A stretch of DNA of 64,000 nt from Eledone cirrhosa (lineage: Eukaryota). Location: contig OZ024760.1 in assembly GCA_964016885.1 (NCBI GenBank), positions 16,988,001-17,052,000 on the forward strand, read 5' to 3'. Of this stretch, positions 46,331 to 60,559 are shown piece after piece. The position numbers and the translations under genes were made by a program. Every line of letters begins with the position of its first letter. The first letter of the stretch is position 1. Below the pieces are notes generated by a model. The model saw only the letters and a list, made by a program, of their open reading frames with translations. It had not been told where the DNA came from and did not search any database.

Positions 46331-46599
46331 TAAGGTACAGATCTCTAAGAAGTGCATTACTGAACCGTAAAGGATCACAGTTTTATACAAATTTGTGCAA
46401 CAATTAAATGAAATCAATAACAATACCCTGTGATCAATAAATATATAAATCACTAAACATGTTTGCTGTGTCAGCTTTATAGAAGTGTTCAAATCAATGG
46501 AGATAGTTATATGGTGTTATGACCTGTCACATGATTTGGCATAGGTGAGTGTGGACAGTATAGTGGAAAATGGTGGCTTAGTAATTTTGTTAGTGTTGG

Positions 46600-47350
46600 G
46601 TGAAGGTGTGTGGCTTAATTGTAAAGGTGTTCGATTTGTGATTGTAATGTCGTGGGTTCGAGTCTTGTTCTGGAGTAAAACACTTCATTTCATGTTGGTC
46701 CAGTATACTCAGCTTAAAATTAGTACCAGCAATAGTTGGGGAGTTTAACTCTGTGATTGACTGGTGTCTTGTCCAGGGGGAAGTCTTGTACTCTCAGTTG
46801 CTTCATGCCACAAAACGGGGATAAGTCTTCTGCTTTCAGACATACTTTAACCCTGTGATGGACTAGTGTCCTATCCAAGAGGGAAGTTATGTATTCTCAG
46901 ATACTTCACACCACAATACCAGGATAAGACAGACTTTAACCCTACGATGGACTGTTGTCTTGTCCAGGGGGAAGTCTTGTACTCTCAGTTGCTTCACCCC
47001 ACAAAACGGGGATAAGCCTTCTGGTTGCAGACATACTTTAACCCTGTGATGGACTAGTGTCCTATCCAAGAGGGAAGTTATGTATTCTCAGACACTTCAC
47101 ACCACAATACCAGCATAAGACAGACTTTAACCCTACCCTACGATGGACTGTTGTCCTGTCCAGGGGAGAGTCTTGTACTCTGTCGCATCACACCACCAAA
47201 CCAGAATAAGCACTGGCCTGATGAGCCTTCTGGCTTAAGACATACATTAACTCTGTGATGGACTAGTGTCCTGTCCAGGGGCGAGTGATGTATTCTCAGA
47301 CCACAAAGCCAGGAAAAGCACTGGGCTGACGAACCTCCTGGCTTGAGACA
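46600..47350 (+). mobile_element. tRNA-derived SINE with a tandemly reiterated 3' region (about 90-100 bp subunits)
   Basis: A-box TGGCTTAATTG and B-box GGTTCGAGTC. ttaac.ctgtgatggact..tgtcc..tccagggg recurs six times. Confidence 0.75.
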
Positions 47351-48212
47351 GTTAAAATTAATTTATTTAGGAGAATAGATTTCATAACTGGAAGAAGTAG
47401 TGTGGGGGTTACATATGTATATTTACCCACTGCCTCCGACTCTCTCTCTTTCACTCACTGCCTCAGTCTCTCTCTCTTTCATTCACTGCCTCCGACTCTC
47501 TCTCTTTCACTCACTGCCTCCATCTCTCTCTCTTTCATTCACTGCCTCCGACTCTTTCATTCACTGCCTCCGACTCTCTCTCTTTCACTCACTGCCTCCA
47601 TCTCTCTCTCTTTCACTCACTGCCTCCATCTCTCTCTCTTTCATTCACTGCCTCCGTCTCTCTCTCTTTCATTCACTGCCTCCGTCTCTCTCTCTTTCAC
47701 TCACTGCCTCCGTCTCTCTCTCTTTCACTCACTGCCTCCGTCTCTCTCTCTTTCACTCACTGCCTCCGTCTCTCTCTTTCACTCACTGCCTCTGTCTTTT
47801 ACTCACTGCCTCTGTCTCTCTCTCTCACCCGCTGCCTCTGTCTCTCTCTTTCACCCACTGCCTCTGTCTCTCTCTTTCACTCACTGCCCCCATCCCTCTC
47901 TTTGACTCACTGCCTCCTTCCCTCTTTTTTACTCACTGCCCCCATCCCTCTCTTTCCCCCACTGCCTCTGTCTCTCTCACTATTATAAGCAAACAAGAGC
48001 CCAAGTGCTAGCCACCCTATGGCCCCAGCGGACAGAACAAAGAAGGCGTTTCTCTGGAGGAGGGTGAGGGTGACACATTGGAAGAGCCATTCCAGCTGGT
48101 GAGGTTCACACCTACGGGTCACAAACTCTGTGTCGAGGGTGGGGAGTAGGGAGGTGGTCCTAGGGCCAAGGACACCAGAAGTCTCCCTGGAACTATCCTA
48201 GGGTGTTAAATA

Positions 48213-48802
48213 TCCAGAGGCTGGCTCTACTGGTGAAGTGGTTACTACCATACCAGAGGCTGGCTCTACTGGTGAAGTGGTTACTACCATACCAGAGGCT
48301 GGCTCTACTGGTGAAGCGGTTACTACCATACCAGAGGCTGGCTCTACTGGTGAAGTGGTTACTACCATACCAGAGGCTGGCTCTACTGGTGAAGCGGTTA
48401 CTACCATACCAGAGGCTGGCTCTACTGGTGAAGCGGTTACTACCATACCAGAGGCTGGCTCTACTGGTGAAGTGGTTACTACCATACCAGAGGCTGGCTC
48501 TACTGGTGAAGTGGTTACTACCATACCAGAGGCTGGCTCTACTGGTGAAGCGGTTACTACCATACCAGAGGCTGGCTCTACTGGTGAAGTGGTTACTACC
48601 ATACCAGAGGCTGGCTCTACTGGTGAAGTGGTTACTACCATACCAGAGGCTGGCTCTACTGGTGAAGTGGTTACTACCATACCAGAGGCTGGCTCTACTG
48701 GTGAAGTGGTTACTACCATACCAGAGGCTGGCTCTACTGGTGAAGTGGTTACTACCATACCAGAGGCTGGCTCTACTGGTGAAGTGGTTACTACCATACC
48801 AG
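48213..48802. repeat. Minisatellite, 39 bp unit, about 15 near-identical copies
   Basis: Unit ccagaggctggctctactggtgaag(t/c)ggttactaccata. Confidence 0.95.
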
Positions 48803-49092
48803 TAAAACTAATGAGATATGAGTGGAAGTAAACACTTCTAATTTGCTCCAATTAGACATTTACAATAGAAAATTTGGTGGCTAGAAGTTGTCAGTTCACC
48901 TTAGCGTACAGTTATCATGTTTGTCTAGTTTACAACAGAAATGTGGCCGTGGCCTACTTTTTGATGACTTATGCTATGTTTGTAAATGTACCCTGGCTAG
49001 CAGAGGAGACAGACATTAGATGATGATGATGATGATGATGATGATGATAAAATAGTTTATAAATTTATGGTCAACATTTCTAAACATTCAGA

Positions 49093-49123
<31 letters not shown>

Positions 49124-49172
49124 CATACATATGTATATGTATGTATATGTATGTATACACACACACATATCC

Positions 49173-49203
<31 letters not shown>

Positions 49204-49219
49204 TGCATATATATATAAG

Positions 49220-49253
<34 letters not shown>

Positions 49254-49344
49254 CAGTATATATGCATATATATATAAGTATATAAATATATATATATATA
49301 TACAGTATATATGAATATATGCAGTATATATGCATATATTTACA

Positions 49345-49388
<44 letters not shown>

Positions 49389-49405
49389 TATATATGCATA
49401 TATAA

Positions 49406-49462
<57 letters not shown>

Positions 49463-49480
49463 GTATATATGCATATATAA

Positions 49481-49516
<36 letters not shown>

Positions 49517-49592
49517 GCAGTATATATGCATATATACACACACACATATATATATATATCCATATACACACATATATATGCATATAGATGAG

Positions 49593-49630
<38 letters not shown>

Positions 49631-50044
49631 TGTTTGTGTGTATGTGTATACACATATGCATATATGTAGCTCCTTATAATTTATTAACAATAGAGAGATG
49701 ACTTTGAGAAAACTGTAACAGCAAAGCTGAGCTGAATTATTCAGGATGAAGCAACAGAGCGAAGAGGAGAAAGTTGGAGAGAGAGAGGGGGGGGGGGGTT
49801 ATAGTATGACCAATCAAGAGAGGGAGGGAGTTAGAGAGTGGGAGTGAGAGGAGGTGTGTAAGACATGTTATTCAATAGAAGATGGTTGATGATTTGGTTT
49901 CATGGTATTTTATGAGGTTTACTGAGTGAAGTTACTGTTGCAGTTAATGGCAGCTGTTGCTGTTTTAGCCCTAGGTCTGAGGTCTACCTTGTTTAAGTAC
50001 ATATCTACTGACTGTAGGTTTACTGAGTAAAGTTACTGTTGCAG

Positions 50045-50437
50045 TTAGCCCTTTAGCATTTACATTACTCTATATATACTATTGTATTTTTGTGGTAAAG
50101 GCTTTACCTCACATAATTATCTCTCATAATATTGAATCTATGAGATTTTGATCATCATCATCATCATCATCAACGTTTAACGTCCGTGTTCCACGCTTGC
50201 ATGGGTTTGGACGGGGGTTTTCCCACTTGAGGCAAGAGTGATTGTCTTGCTCGCATAGGACTGTCTTGGCGGGTTTTCTACAGCTGGATACCCTTTCTAA
50301 CACCAACCACATGATATTTATTTATTTTGAGAACAATACCTTAACATAAGTATAAGCAGCCAGTTACAGCCTGATTGAACAGAAACAAATGAAAGAATTC
50401 TGGCCGGATATGGCCGGTTTAAATGCTAATGGGTTAA
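50045..50437. mobile_element. piggyBac-like MITE with a nested (GAT)n-tailed SINE fragment
   Basis: Ends ttagccctttagcattta / taaatgctaatgggttaa. Confidence 0.6.
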
Positions 50438-50807
50438 TGGCAGCTCTTGCTGTTTAGCTCTAGGTCTGAGGTCTACCTTGATCAAGTACATATCTACTGA
50501 CTGTAGGTTTACTGAGTGATGCAGTTAATGGTAGTGAGAGGCATAACTAAGGAAAATAGCCCCTATGGCAAACAGTGAAATTGTGCCCCTGCCCAGCATT
50601 GTATTTTTACCTATGGGTCTAATAATTTATATAAATGGTTTATTGATCTAACCACCATAGTGTTTTCACCCATGATAATTAAAAGCAGATCATATATCTG
50701 AAGAAGTTTCTTTTTTCACTCTCCAACAAGGGTTTAGAGACATTTACTTGCTATTTTTAGCAGGTCAAAAGACCCCCTAGTATCTCTACCAGTTTCAACT
50801 CCCTGCC

Positions 50808-50957
50808 CTAAGACAGGGCCACAACTGGATAAGAAAAGGCAGGCTTGCTCTAAGACAGGGTCACAACTGGATAAGAAAAGGCAGGCTTGCTCTAAGACAG
50901 GGCCACAACTGGATATGAAAAGGCAGGCTTACCCTAAGACAGGGCCACAACTGGATA
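50808..50957. repeat. Tandem repeat, 42 bp unit, about 3.5 copies
   Basis: Unit ctaagacagggccacaactggataagaaaaggcaggcttgct. Confidence 0.85.
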
Positions 50958-51549
50958 CAAAAGCTGGATGTTCACCTGATCAATCAATTAATCACATTGA
51001 TATAATCAATCATACTGTTCTGTTCTACCAAAATAGTGACAATCTCTCTATTATATAAGAACTCATTACTTCCATTTCTTTATTGTTTATTTCAAGCATA
51101 ACATAAAACTATCAAGCTTAACATATCAGTAAGGATCAGAGATCAGAGATATCTACATGTTAATTGAAAACAGATTGTCAGACAATTATTTCTAAATGTA
51201 ATGAAATATTAGTTTGTAGCAGCTTTGTACTGTAGTAAATGGTAGTTGTACTGTAGTAAATGGTAGTTGTACTGTAGTAAATGGTAGCTATATTGTAGTA
51301 ATTAGTACCTATACTGTAGTATATTATATATATGTATGAGTTCAAATCCCACCGAGGTTAACTTTGCCTTTCATCCTTACGGGGTCGATAAAATAAAGTA
51401 CCAGTAATGCACTGGGTAATTGATGGCCTTGTGCCAAAAGTAGAAACAATTATATATATGTATATTAGAATTAGATATTATATATATATATGTGTATATT
51501 ATAAATATATATATATATATATTATGAATATATATTATATATATATATA

Positions 51550-51774
51550 TAGGAACGAGTAGGACCCCGACGGCTCAGCTCAAGCCGTTTCGACAGCTAA
51601 TTCTGGACTAAAAAAAATTTTTTTTTTTTTTTTTAGTCCAGAATTAGCCGTCAAAACGGCTTGAGCTGAGCCGTCGGGGTCCTACTCGTTCCTATTACCC
51701 ACTCTACTACCCTAAGTATTGAGTACTTTGGTGCGTTATGGTCCACCTGGTTCCTTACCACATTTCCTTCGTTA
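51550..51774. mobile_element. Family B insert: short (-) and long (+) arms
   Basis: Palindrome centred on an A-run/T-run near 51617, with a tail of about 80 nt on the right arm only. Confidence 0.88.
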
Positions 51775-52389
51775 TATATATATATATATATCATCATCAT
51801 CATCATCATTTTACGTCTGCTTTTCCCTGCTTGCAAGGGTGGGACGGGTCTTATTCAGCACAGCATCTCTCTCTATATATATATACACACACACATACAC
51901 ACATTCATATATATATGTGTGCTCATCTCTGTTAAATTCAGAACAAAAAGGTCACTGGAAAACTTTGTTTTTCCCTCATTATATTATCAAAGACATTGAA
52001 GAAAATGTGATTGTTATTTTCTTTTTATTGTATTTTCCAGAAACATGTAATGTCACTGCATAAACAGTGTCACTGAGTACAAGTCATGCCTTGTTAATTA
52101 ATGAGAAACTTGACAATTATTTGTATATAATTACATTAACAAGCAGGCAATGGCTGTGTTGTTAATGAGTTCACCTTGTAACCAGATGGTTCTGAGTTCA
52201 ATCACAATCTGTAGCACCCTCTGGGCAAATATCTTCTTTAGCCTTGGGTTGTGAAATGTTGAGTGAAATGTTGCAGATGACAATTGTGGAAGCATGTCAT
52301 ACTATATATATACCCCGAAACTGGATCTAAAGACATTTTTTCCAATTCCAGCCCGCCCGTCCCCTCAATCTATCTTATTTCTCATTCTT

Positions 52390-52425
52390 TCTTCTGATGA
52401 AGGACTAGTGTCCGAAACGTTAAGA
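52390..52425 (+). ncRNA. Minimal hammerhead ribozyme (family E), within a repeat at about 52312-52519
   Basis: UCUU-CUGAUGA-A-GGAC(uagu)GUCC-GAAACGU-U^AAGA. Intact core, palindromic ACGU stem III, 4-bp stem I. Confidence 0.85.
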
Positions 52426-52531
52426 CCCTCTTCCTGCTATATCAAGCGTTAACCTAATATATCCCTTCCATGTATTGTACTGATTGTGTTGTTATTTATG
52501 TTTACCTTTTACATAGATTATATATATATAT

Positions 52532-52900
52532 ATAGAATAAGGATGGGTTGGAAGAAGTTTAGGGAGCTGCTTCCTCTGTTAACAAAGAATGGTTTCTCCC
52601 TGCGAACGAAAGGCCGGTTATATGATGCCTGTGTGAGATGCGCGATGCTGCATGTTAGTGAGACATGGGCAACAGCTGCGGAGGATGTGCGTGAACGACC
52701 AAACATGGACGAGTTGAGAGAAAAACTGTGTTTTAGAGGGATAAGTTGTAGTGTGCAGGAGAGAAAACTGTGTTGGTATGGACATATGATGCACATGGAG
52801 GATGTCCACCAAAGCAGCTCTTCTACAGTGAACTGACATAGGGCCATTGACCAAGACGACGGGCTAAGCTTCATTACAAGGTTGTCGGATGATGACTTAT
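52532..52900 (+). mobile_element. RTE-clade LINE fragment (post-RT region, internally deleted)
   Basis: RIRMGWKKFRELLPLL...KGRLYDACVRCAMLHVSETW...ERKLCWYGHMMHM. Confidence 0.85.
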
Positions 52901-52964
52901 CTCAAGTGAATCATATTTAGTGGGGTGTAGGGATGATATATGGCATCATGGGGGAGTGAGTGAC

Positions 52965-53350
52965 AGTAGGTGTGTGGGTGCGAAGAGAAGAGATAAGTAA
53001 GATGCCATGATGTATGACAAGTGTAGTGGGATTTTTTGTCAATATATAATGTTTACCAATAGATGTGTGGGGGGGGGAAGAGAAGAGATGATAAGTAAGA
53101 TGCCATGATGTAAGACAATTGCAGTGGGATTTTTTGTCAATATATAATGTTTACCAATAGATGTGTGGCTGGGAAGAGAAGAGATGACAAGTAAGATGCC
53201 ATGATGTATGACAAGTGTAGTGGGATTTTTTGTCAATATATAATGTTTACCAATAGATGTGTGGCTGGGAAGAGAAGAGATGACAAGTAAGATGCCATGA
53301 TGTATGACAAGTGTAGTGGGATTTTTTGTCAATATATAATGCTCACCAAT
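52965..53350. repeat. Tandem repeat, 96 bp unit, about 4 copies
   Basis: gaagagaagagat at 52982, 53077, 53173 and 53269. Confidence 0.88.
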
Positions 53351-53755
53351 ATATTTTCAGTTAGTATAATAATTAAGAAAACATCACCAAAGAAAGAACT
53401 ATGTTCTAAGTTTCAAAGTTTCTTGCTAAATTGCCTGTAAATTCTATAAATATCTTAATCGATTTACGTCTAAGATTTCTGCAGAATGACCATTCCACGT
53501 CAGATAAGAAATATAATCGTATTTAACTACGAATTTGCATTCTGATTGTGAGAGGAGGAGTTGGCACATATAGGAAAGACAGACAAGAAGGAAGAGAGGA
53601 GAGATAGATAGATAGAAAGATAGATAGATACAGGGAGAGAGGGGGGGGGGTTAGAGAGAGTATAGAAGGAAGAAAGATATATATAGAGAGAGAGGGGGGA
53701 TAGAGAGAGAGAGAGAATATAGAAGGAAGAAAGATAGAGAGATAGATGGAGGGAG

Positions 53756-53803
<48 letters not shown>

Positions 53804-55241
53804 AAACAGAAGAGAGAAAGAGAGAAAAGGTGTGCAAAGGAATGTGGAATAGATTGTGTGTGTGTGTGAAAGGAAGACAGAGTGAGATTGAATATGAGAG
53901 AAAGTGAACTAGAGAGAGAGAGATATATATATATAGAGAGAGAGAGAAGTAAAGAATAAGAAAAAGAGAGGATGATAGAAAGTCAAGGAATAAGGAAGAG
54001 AGAGAGGAGGGAGATAGAAAGATAGTCAAAGAAAAGAGAGAGAAAGAGGAAGCTAAAAAGGCAAAGAATAAGTATAAGAGAGAGATAGAAAGGCAAAGAA
54101 TAAGAGATAGATAGATAGAGAGAGAGAAAGATAAAGAATAAGAGAGAGAGATAGAAAGGCAAAGAATAAGAGAGAGAGAGGGAGAGAGGAGAGAGAATAA
54201 GAGAGAGAGAGATAGAAAGGCAAAGAATAAGAGGGAGAGAGATAGAAAGGCAAAGAATAAGAGGGAGAGAGATAGAAAGGCAAAGAATAAGAGAGAGAGA
54301 GAGAGATTCAGATAGAGAGAGAGAGAGATGGAGAGAGAGAGAGAGAGAGAGATAGAGAGACGGAGATTCAGATAGAGAGATAGAGAGAGAGAGATAGAGA
54401 GATTCAGATAGATAGAGAGATAGAGAGAGAGAGATGGAGAGATAGAGAGATAGAGAGACAGAGATAGAGAGAGAGATAGAGAGAGAGATTGAGAGAGAGA
54501 GAGAGAGAGATAGAGAGAGAGAAGTAAAAACAGTGACGAGATGAATTACGATTTAAAATATTTGGTTTAATTGGAAGGTGGGTTAGATGATTAGAAAGTC
54601 GTTAATAGATGTTACATTAGTGACTGATAGAGCTGGTGGGCACTGTCCCTCCCTCTCATTAAAACATACATACACATATAGACACACACACATATATATA
54701 TAGACAGATACACATATACAGTGATAGAGCTGAGAGGTAGAGCTGGTGGGCACTGTCCCTCCCTCTCATTAAAACATACATACACATATAGATAGACAGA
54801 TACACACACACACACACACATACACACACACATATATATATATATATACACATATACACTGATAGAGCTGGTGGGCACTGTCCCTCCCTCTCATTAAAAC
54901 ATACACATATATATAGACACACACACATATATATATACACAGACACACACACATATATATATACACACACACACGCACATATACACTGATAGAAGAGTTG
55001 ATGAGAGGTAAAGCTTGTGGGCTCTGTCCCTCCCTCTCATTAAAACATACATACACATATAGATATAGACAGATACATACACACACACACACATATATAT
55101 ATATGCATACACACATATATACATACACTGGTAGAACAGTTGATGATAGGTAAACCTTACAGTTATAGTGGGCTCTGTCCCTCCTTCTCATGAAAACATA
55201 CATACACATAAACAGACACACATACACACACATATATATAT

Positions 55242-55279
<38 letters not shown>

Positions 55280-55364
55280 CCAGAGAGAGGTAGATCTTGT
55301 GGTTATTGTGGATTAAGTCCTTCCCCTCCATTTAAACATACATACATACATACATACATAGACA

Positions 55365-55401
<37 letters not shown>

Positions 55402-55428
55402 ACATACACACACACACACACACATACA

Positions 55429-55460
<32 letters not shown>

Positions 55461-55462
55461 AA

Positions 55463-55494
<32 letters not shown>

Positions 55495-55521
55495 TACAAA
55501 CACACACACACACACACACAT

Positions 55522-58315
55522 ATGATGGCCGTAAACTCATGTTCGAGCATTGTCATCGCCTGATAAAATGTTCAAAAATGTGAGGCACGAATGAGCCTCT
55601 TTAAAGCAGCCAAAGACTTGCACCCTCTGTTATATACATGGAGGCTGTAGGCTCCTCCAGGACTTTCCACTGTTTGGTTCTGACTGTGTGTCCTCATGTG
55701 TCCTTTAAGACCTCCCCTGCTTGCACATTCCTTGCCACATCCCCTACACCTTTTCAGATCATGCTGTTCAGCCACATCCCCTACACCTTTTCAGATCATG
55801 CTGTTCAGCCACATCCCCTACACCTTTTCAGATCATGCTGTTCAGCCACATCCCCTACACCTTTTCAGATCATGCTGTTCAGCTACATCCCCTACACCTT
55901 TTCAGATCATGCTGTTCAGCCACATCCCCTACACCTTTTCAGATCATGCTGTTCACATACATCCCCTACACCTTTTCAGATCATGCTGTTCACATACATC
56001 CCCTACACCTTTTCAGATCATGCTGTTCACATACATCCCCTACACCTTTTCAGATCATGCTGTTCAGCCACATCCCCTACACCTTTTCAGATCATGCTGT
56101 TCACATACATCCCCTACACCTTTTCAAATCATGCTGTTCACATACATCCCCTACACCTTTTCAGATCATGCTGTTCAGCCACATCCCCTACACCTTTTCA
56201 GATCATGCTGTTCACAAACATCCCCTACACCTTTTCAGATCATGCTGTTCACATACATCCCCTACACCTTTTCAGATCATGCTGTTCACATACATCCCCT
56301 ACACCTTTTCAGATCATGCTGTTCAGCCACATCCCCTACACCTTTTCAGATCATGCTGTTCACATACATCCCCTACACCTTTTCAGATCATGCTGTTCAG
56401 TCACATCCCCTACACCTTTTCAGATCATGCTGTTCACCTACATCCCCTACACCTTTTCAGATCATGCTGTTCAGCCACATCCCCTACACCTTTTCAGATC
56501 ATGCTGTTCAGCTACATCCCTACACCTTTTCAGATCATGCTGTTCACATACATCCCCTACACCTTTTCAGATCATGCTGTTCAGCCACATCCCCTACACC
56601 TTTTCAGATCATGCTGTTCAGCTACATCCCCTACACCTTTTCAGATCATGCTGTTCACATACATCCCCTACACCTTTTCAGATCATGCTGTTCAGCTACA
56701 TCCCCTACACCTTTTCAGATCATGCTTTTCACCTACATCCCCTACACCTTTTCAGATCATGCTGTTCAGCCACATCCCCTACACCTTTTCAGATCATGCT
56801 GTTCAGCTACATCCCCTACACCTTTTCAGATCATGCTGTTCACATACATCCCCTACACCTTTTCAGATCATGCTGTTCAGCCACATCCCCTACACCTTTT
56901 CAGATCATGCTGTTCACATACATCCCCTACACCTTTTCAGATCATGCTGTTCAGCCACATCCCCTACACCTTTTCAGATCATGCTGTTCAGCCACATCCC
57001 CTACACCTTTTCAGATCATGCTGTTCACATACATCCCCTACACCTTTTCAGATCATGCTGTTCACATACATCCCCTACACCTTTTCAGATCATGCTGTTC
57101 AGCTACATCCCCTACACCTTTCAGATCATGCTGTTCAGCCACATCCCCTACACCTTTTCAGATCATGCTGTTCAGCTACATCCCCTACACCTTTTCAGAT
57201 CATGCTGTTCAGCCACATCCCCTACACCTTTTCAGATCATGCTGTTCAGCCACATCCCCTACACCTTTTCAGATCATGCTGTTCACATACATCCCCTACA
57301 CCTTTTCAGATCATGCTGTTCAGCCACATCCCCTACACCTTTTCAGATCATGCTGTTCACATACATCCCCTACACCTTTTCAGATCATGCTGTTCACTAC
57401 ATCCCCTACACCTTTTCAGATCATGCTGTTCACACACATCCCCTACACCTTTTCAGATCATGCTGTTCAGCCACATCCCCTACACCTTTTCAGATCATGC
57501 TGTTCAGCCACATCCCCTACACCTTTTCAGATCATGCTGTTCACCTACATCCCCTACACCTTTTCATATCATGCTGTTCACATACATCCCCTACACCTTT
57601 TCAGATCATGCTGTTCAGCCACATCCCCTACACCTTTTCAGATCATGCTGTTCACATACATCCCCTACACCTTTTCAGATCATGCTGTTCACTACATCCC
57701 CTACACCTTTTCAGATCATGCTGTTCAGCCACATCCCCTACACCTTTTCAGATCATGCTGTTCACATACATCCCCTACACCTTTTCAGATCATGCTGTTC
57801 ACATACATCCCCTACACCTTTTCAGATCATGCTGTTCACATACATCCCCTACACCTTTTCAGATCATGCTGTTCACATACATCCCCTACACCTTTTCAGA
57901 TCATGCTGTTCACATACATCCCCTACACCTTTTCAGATCATACTGTTCACATACATCCCCTACACCTTTTCAGATCATGCTGTTCAGCCACATCCCCTAC
58001 ACCTTTTCAGATCATGCTGTTCACATACATCCCCTACACCTTTTCAGATCATGCTGTTCGTAATCTACATGAGGTCTACTGATATGACTTTGTTCATGTC
58101 TTACCAGACCAGCTTTGTTCAGACAGGCTCGACCACGGAGCTGGCAAACCAGATGCTGCTCAACAGCAGTCAGTTCAGAAGGGTCCCTTTTCCTCACCTT
58201 CCTTTTCACTGTAAGGTGTTCTCTTCGATGAGAGTTTCAAAGTGATCGCTTCTTGACTTGATCAAACGTCTCCACTTCCCACGGTCCTCAAGCCATTTTC
58301 TCCCATTCGTCAGAT
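55522..58315 (-). mobile_element. 3' end of an RTE-like LINE with C-terminal C2H2-like fingers, inflated by a minisatellite
   Basis: WEKMA/EDRGKWRRLI ... CQLRGRACLNKAGLVRHEQSH ... CRGCGKECASRGGLKGHMRTH reads across the array. Confidence 0.8.
55733..58058. repeat. Minisatellite, 37 bp unit, about 63 copies
   Basis: Unit (gcca/cata/gcta/ccta)catcccctacaccttttcagatcatgctgttca. Confidence 0.97.
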
Positions 58316-59479
58316 GAAATTCCAGCGCAAGCCAATAAATATACATACAGAGACACACAAACGCACACAGATACTGATTGGCAGAATTGGTAGAGCATCG
58401 GAAACCACACTTTGTGGCATATAGTTACAGCCCTTTACGTTCTGAGTTGAAATCCTGGCAAGGTTAGTTTTGCCTTTCATCCTTACAAGGTCAATAAAAT
58501 AAAGTACCAGTAATGCACTGAGGTCCTCCCCCAAAAAAAAATTGCTGGCCTTGTGCATAAATCAGAAATTATTATTTTTCTGTTTACAGTGTTGAAAGGT
58601 GAGACATCTACACAAAGATTTCGGTTCTATTTCTGTAACTCTTGAAGTTTTTACAGCTGTTGTTGTTGTTGTTACTGCAATGGTGGAACACAGTAAGCAG
58701 TATGTATGATTGATTAGAAATGTCTTTCAGTATTAAATCCCGCCGAGGTTAACTTTGCCTTTCATCCTTGCGGGGGTCGATAAAATAAAATACCAGTAAT
58801 GCACTGGGGTTATTTACTGGCCTTGTGCCAAAACTAGAAACAATTATTCTTCTGTTTACAATGTTAAAGGCTGAGAAGAAACTACAAAAAGAATTTTGGT
58901 TCTCTTTCAGCAACTCTTGAAGTTTTTACAGCTGTTGTTGTTAATGTTGTTGTTGTTACTGTTGCAGTTGTTGTTGTTGTTACTGTTGCAGTTGTTGTTG
59001 TTACTGTTGTTGTTGTTGTTGTTGTTGTTACTGTTGCAGTTGTTGTTGTTACTGTTGTTGTTGTTATTACTGTTGCAGTTGTTGTTGTTAATGTTGTTGT
59101 TGTTACTGTTGTTGTTGTTGTTACTGTTGCAGTTGTTGTTGTTGTTACTGTTGCAGTTGTTGTTGTTAATGTTGTTGTTGTTACTGTTGTTGTTGTTGCT
59201 GTTGCAGTTGTTGTAACAGTACAGCACAGTAAGCAATATATATGATCGATTAGTAATGTCTTATTGTTCTGTATTAGTGTTGAAAGGTGAGAGAAAAAAA
59301 AAAGACTACACAACAAAGTATTGGTTCTATTTCAGCAACTCTAGAAGTTTTTACAGTTGTTGTTACTGTTGTTGTTGCTGTTGTTGCTGTTGTTGTTGTT
59401 ACTGCTGCTGCTGCAACAGTGCAATACAATTAGCAATATATATGATCGATTAGTAATGTCTTATTGTTCTGTATTACAG

Positions 59480-59583
59480 TGTTAAAAGGTGAGAAGAAAC
59501 TACACGAGGCCGCCCGACAGAATAACTTAGCCAAAGCCAGAAGGTTGCTTATCGAGAAAGTTGATGTTGATTGTAAGAACAAT
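59480..59583 (+). CDS. ANKDD1A: Ankyrin repeat and death domain-containing protein 1-like, internal coding exon (104 bp)
   Basis: ttacag|TG TTA AAA...AAC AAT|gtaagt. LKGEKKLHEAARQNNLAKARRLLIEKVDVDCKNN closely resembles the vertebrate ANKDD1A N-terminus as I recall it (LERQLHEAARQNN...). A versus B paralogy cannot be resolved. Confidence 0.8.
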
Positions 59584-60519
59584 GTAAGTACTCTGGTGTT
59601 GTTGTTGTTGTTGTTGTTGTTGTTAGTGTTGATGTTGTTATTGTAGTTGTTGTTAGTGTTGATGCTGCTATTATTATAGTTGTTGTTGTTGTTCTTGTTA
59701 GTGTTAGTGTTGCTATTATTATAGTTGTTGTTGTTGTTGTTAGTGTTGATGCTGCTATTGTTATTATAGTTGTTGTTGTTATTGGTGTAGTTGTTGTTGT
59801 TGTCAGTTTCTCCTGTTGTCATACCATCATTCTCTGTTGTTGTTGTTGTTGTTGTTATTAACATCTAAGCTAGGGCAGTGGATTGGTAGTAGAATCGGTA
59901 GAGCGTCAGACATGGTTTGTGACATTTAGTTACGTCCCTTTACGTTCTCAGTTCAAGTCTCGCCGAAGTTAGTTTTGCCTTTCATCTTCACGGGGTCGAT
60001 AAAATAAAGTACCAGTCATACACTGGGGTCGATAAAATAAAGTACCAGTGATACACTGGAGTCGACTTAATAGACTTTCCCCTCCCCTAAAATTGCTGGC
60101 TTTGTGCCTATATCAGAAACCATTATTATCTATTATCGGTAGAGGGTCGGACGACATGCTTTGCATCATAGAGTTATGGCCCTTTACGGAGTCAATAAAA
60201 TAAAGTACCAGTAATGCACTGGAAAATTGCTGGCCTTGTGATAAAGTTAGAAACAATTGTTATTATTATTATTAAAATAAAAGTACCAGTAATGTACTGG
60301 GTAATTGCTGGTCTTGTGCCAAAAGTAGAAACAATTATTATTATTATTATTATTATGTAGGACTCAGGGCAGTGTGTTGGCTGTAGTACACATCTATATA
60401 TATGTATATATAAATACACACACACAGAAACACACACACACACATGAACCGGATTTTGTCTCAACATATTCAAGCAAAACAGCTTCCAAGACCAACGAAA
60501 TGTATATCACATGATCATG

Positions 60520-60556
<37 letters not shown>

Positions 60557-60559
60557 TTA

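Noticed and set aside
46605-46675. tRNA gene
   Set aside because: A and B boxes are present but there is no cloverleaf, and it continues into a dispersed repeat body, so it is a SINE head.
48198-48851. Mucin-like ORFs (VTTSPVEPASG / TTIPEAGSTGE repeats)
   Set aside because: A 39-bp minisatellite open in several frames on both strands, with no convincing splice sites or unique coding flanks.
55733-58058. CRISPR-like appearance (repeat of about 37 bp)
   Set aside because: No unique spacers, no cas genes, eukaryotic context.
55638-58245. ORFs of 780-849 aa in three + frames
   Set aside because: Read-through of a stop-free 37-bp tandem array. The real coding remnant is the - strand LINE end.
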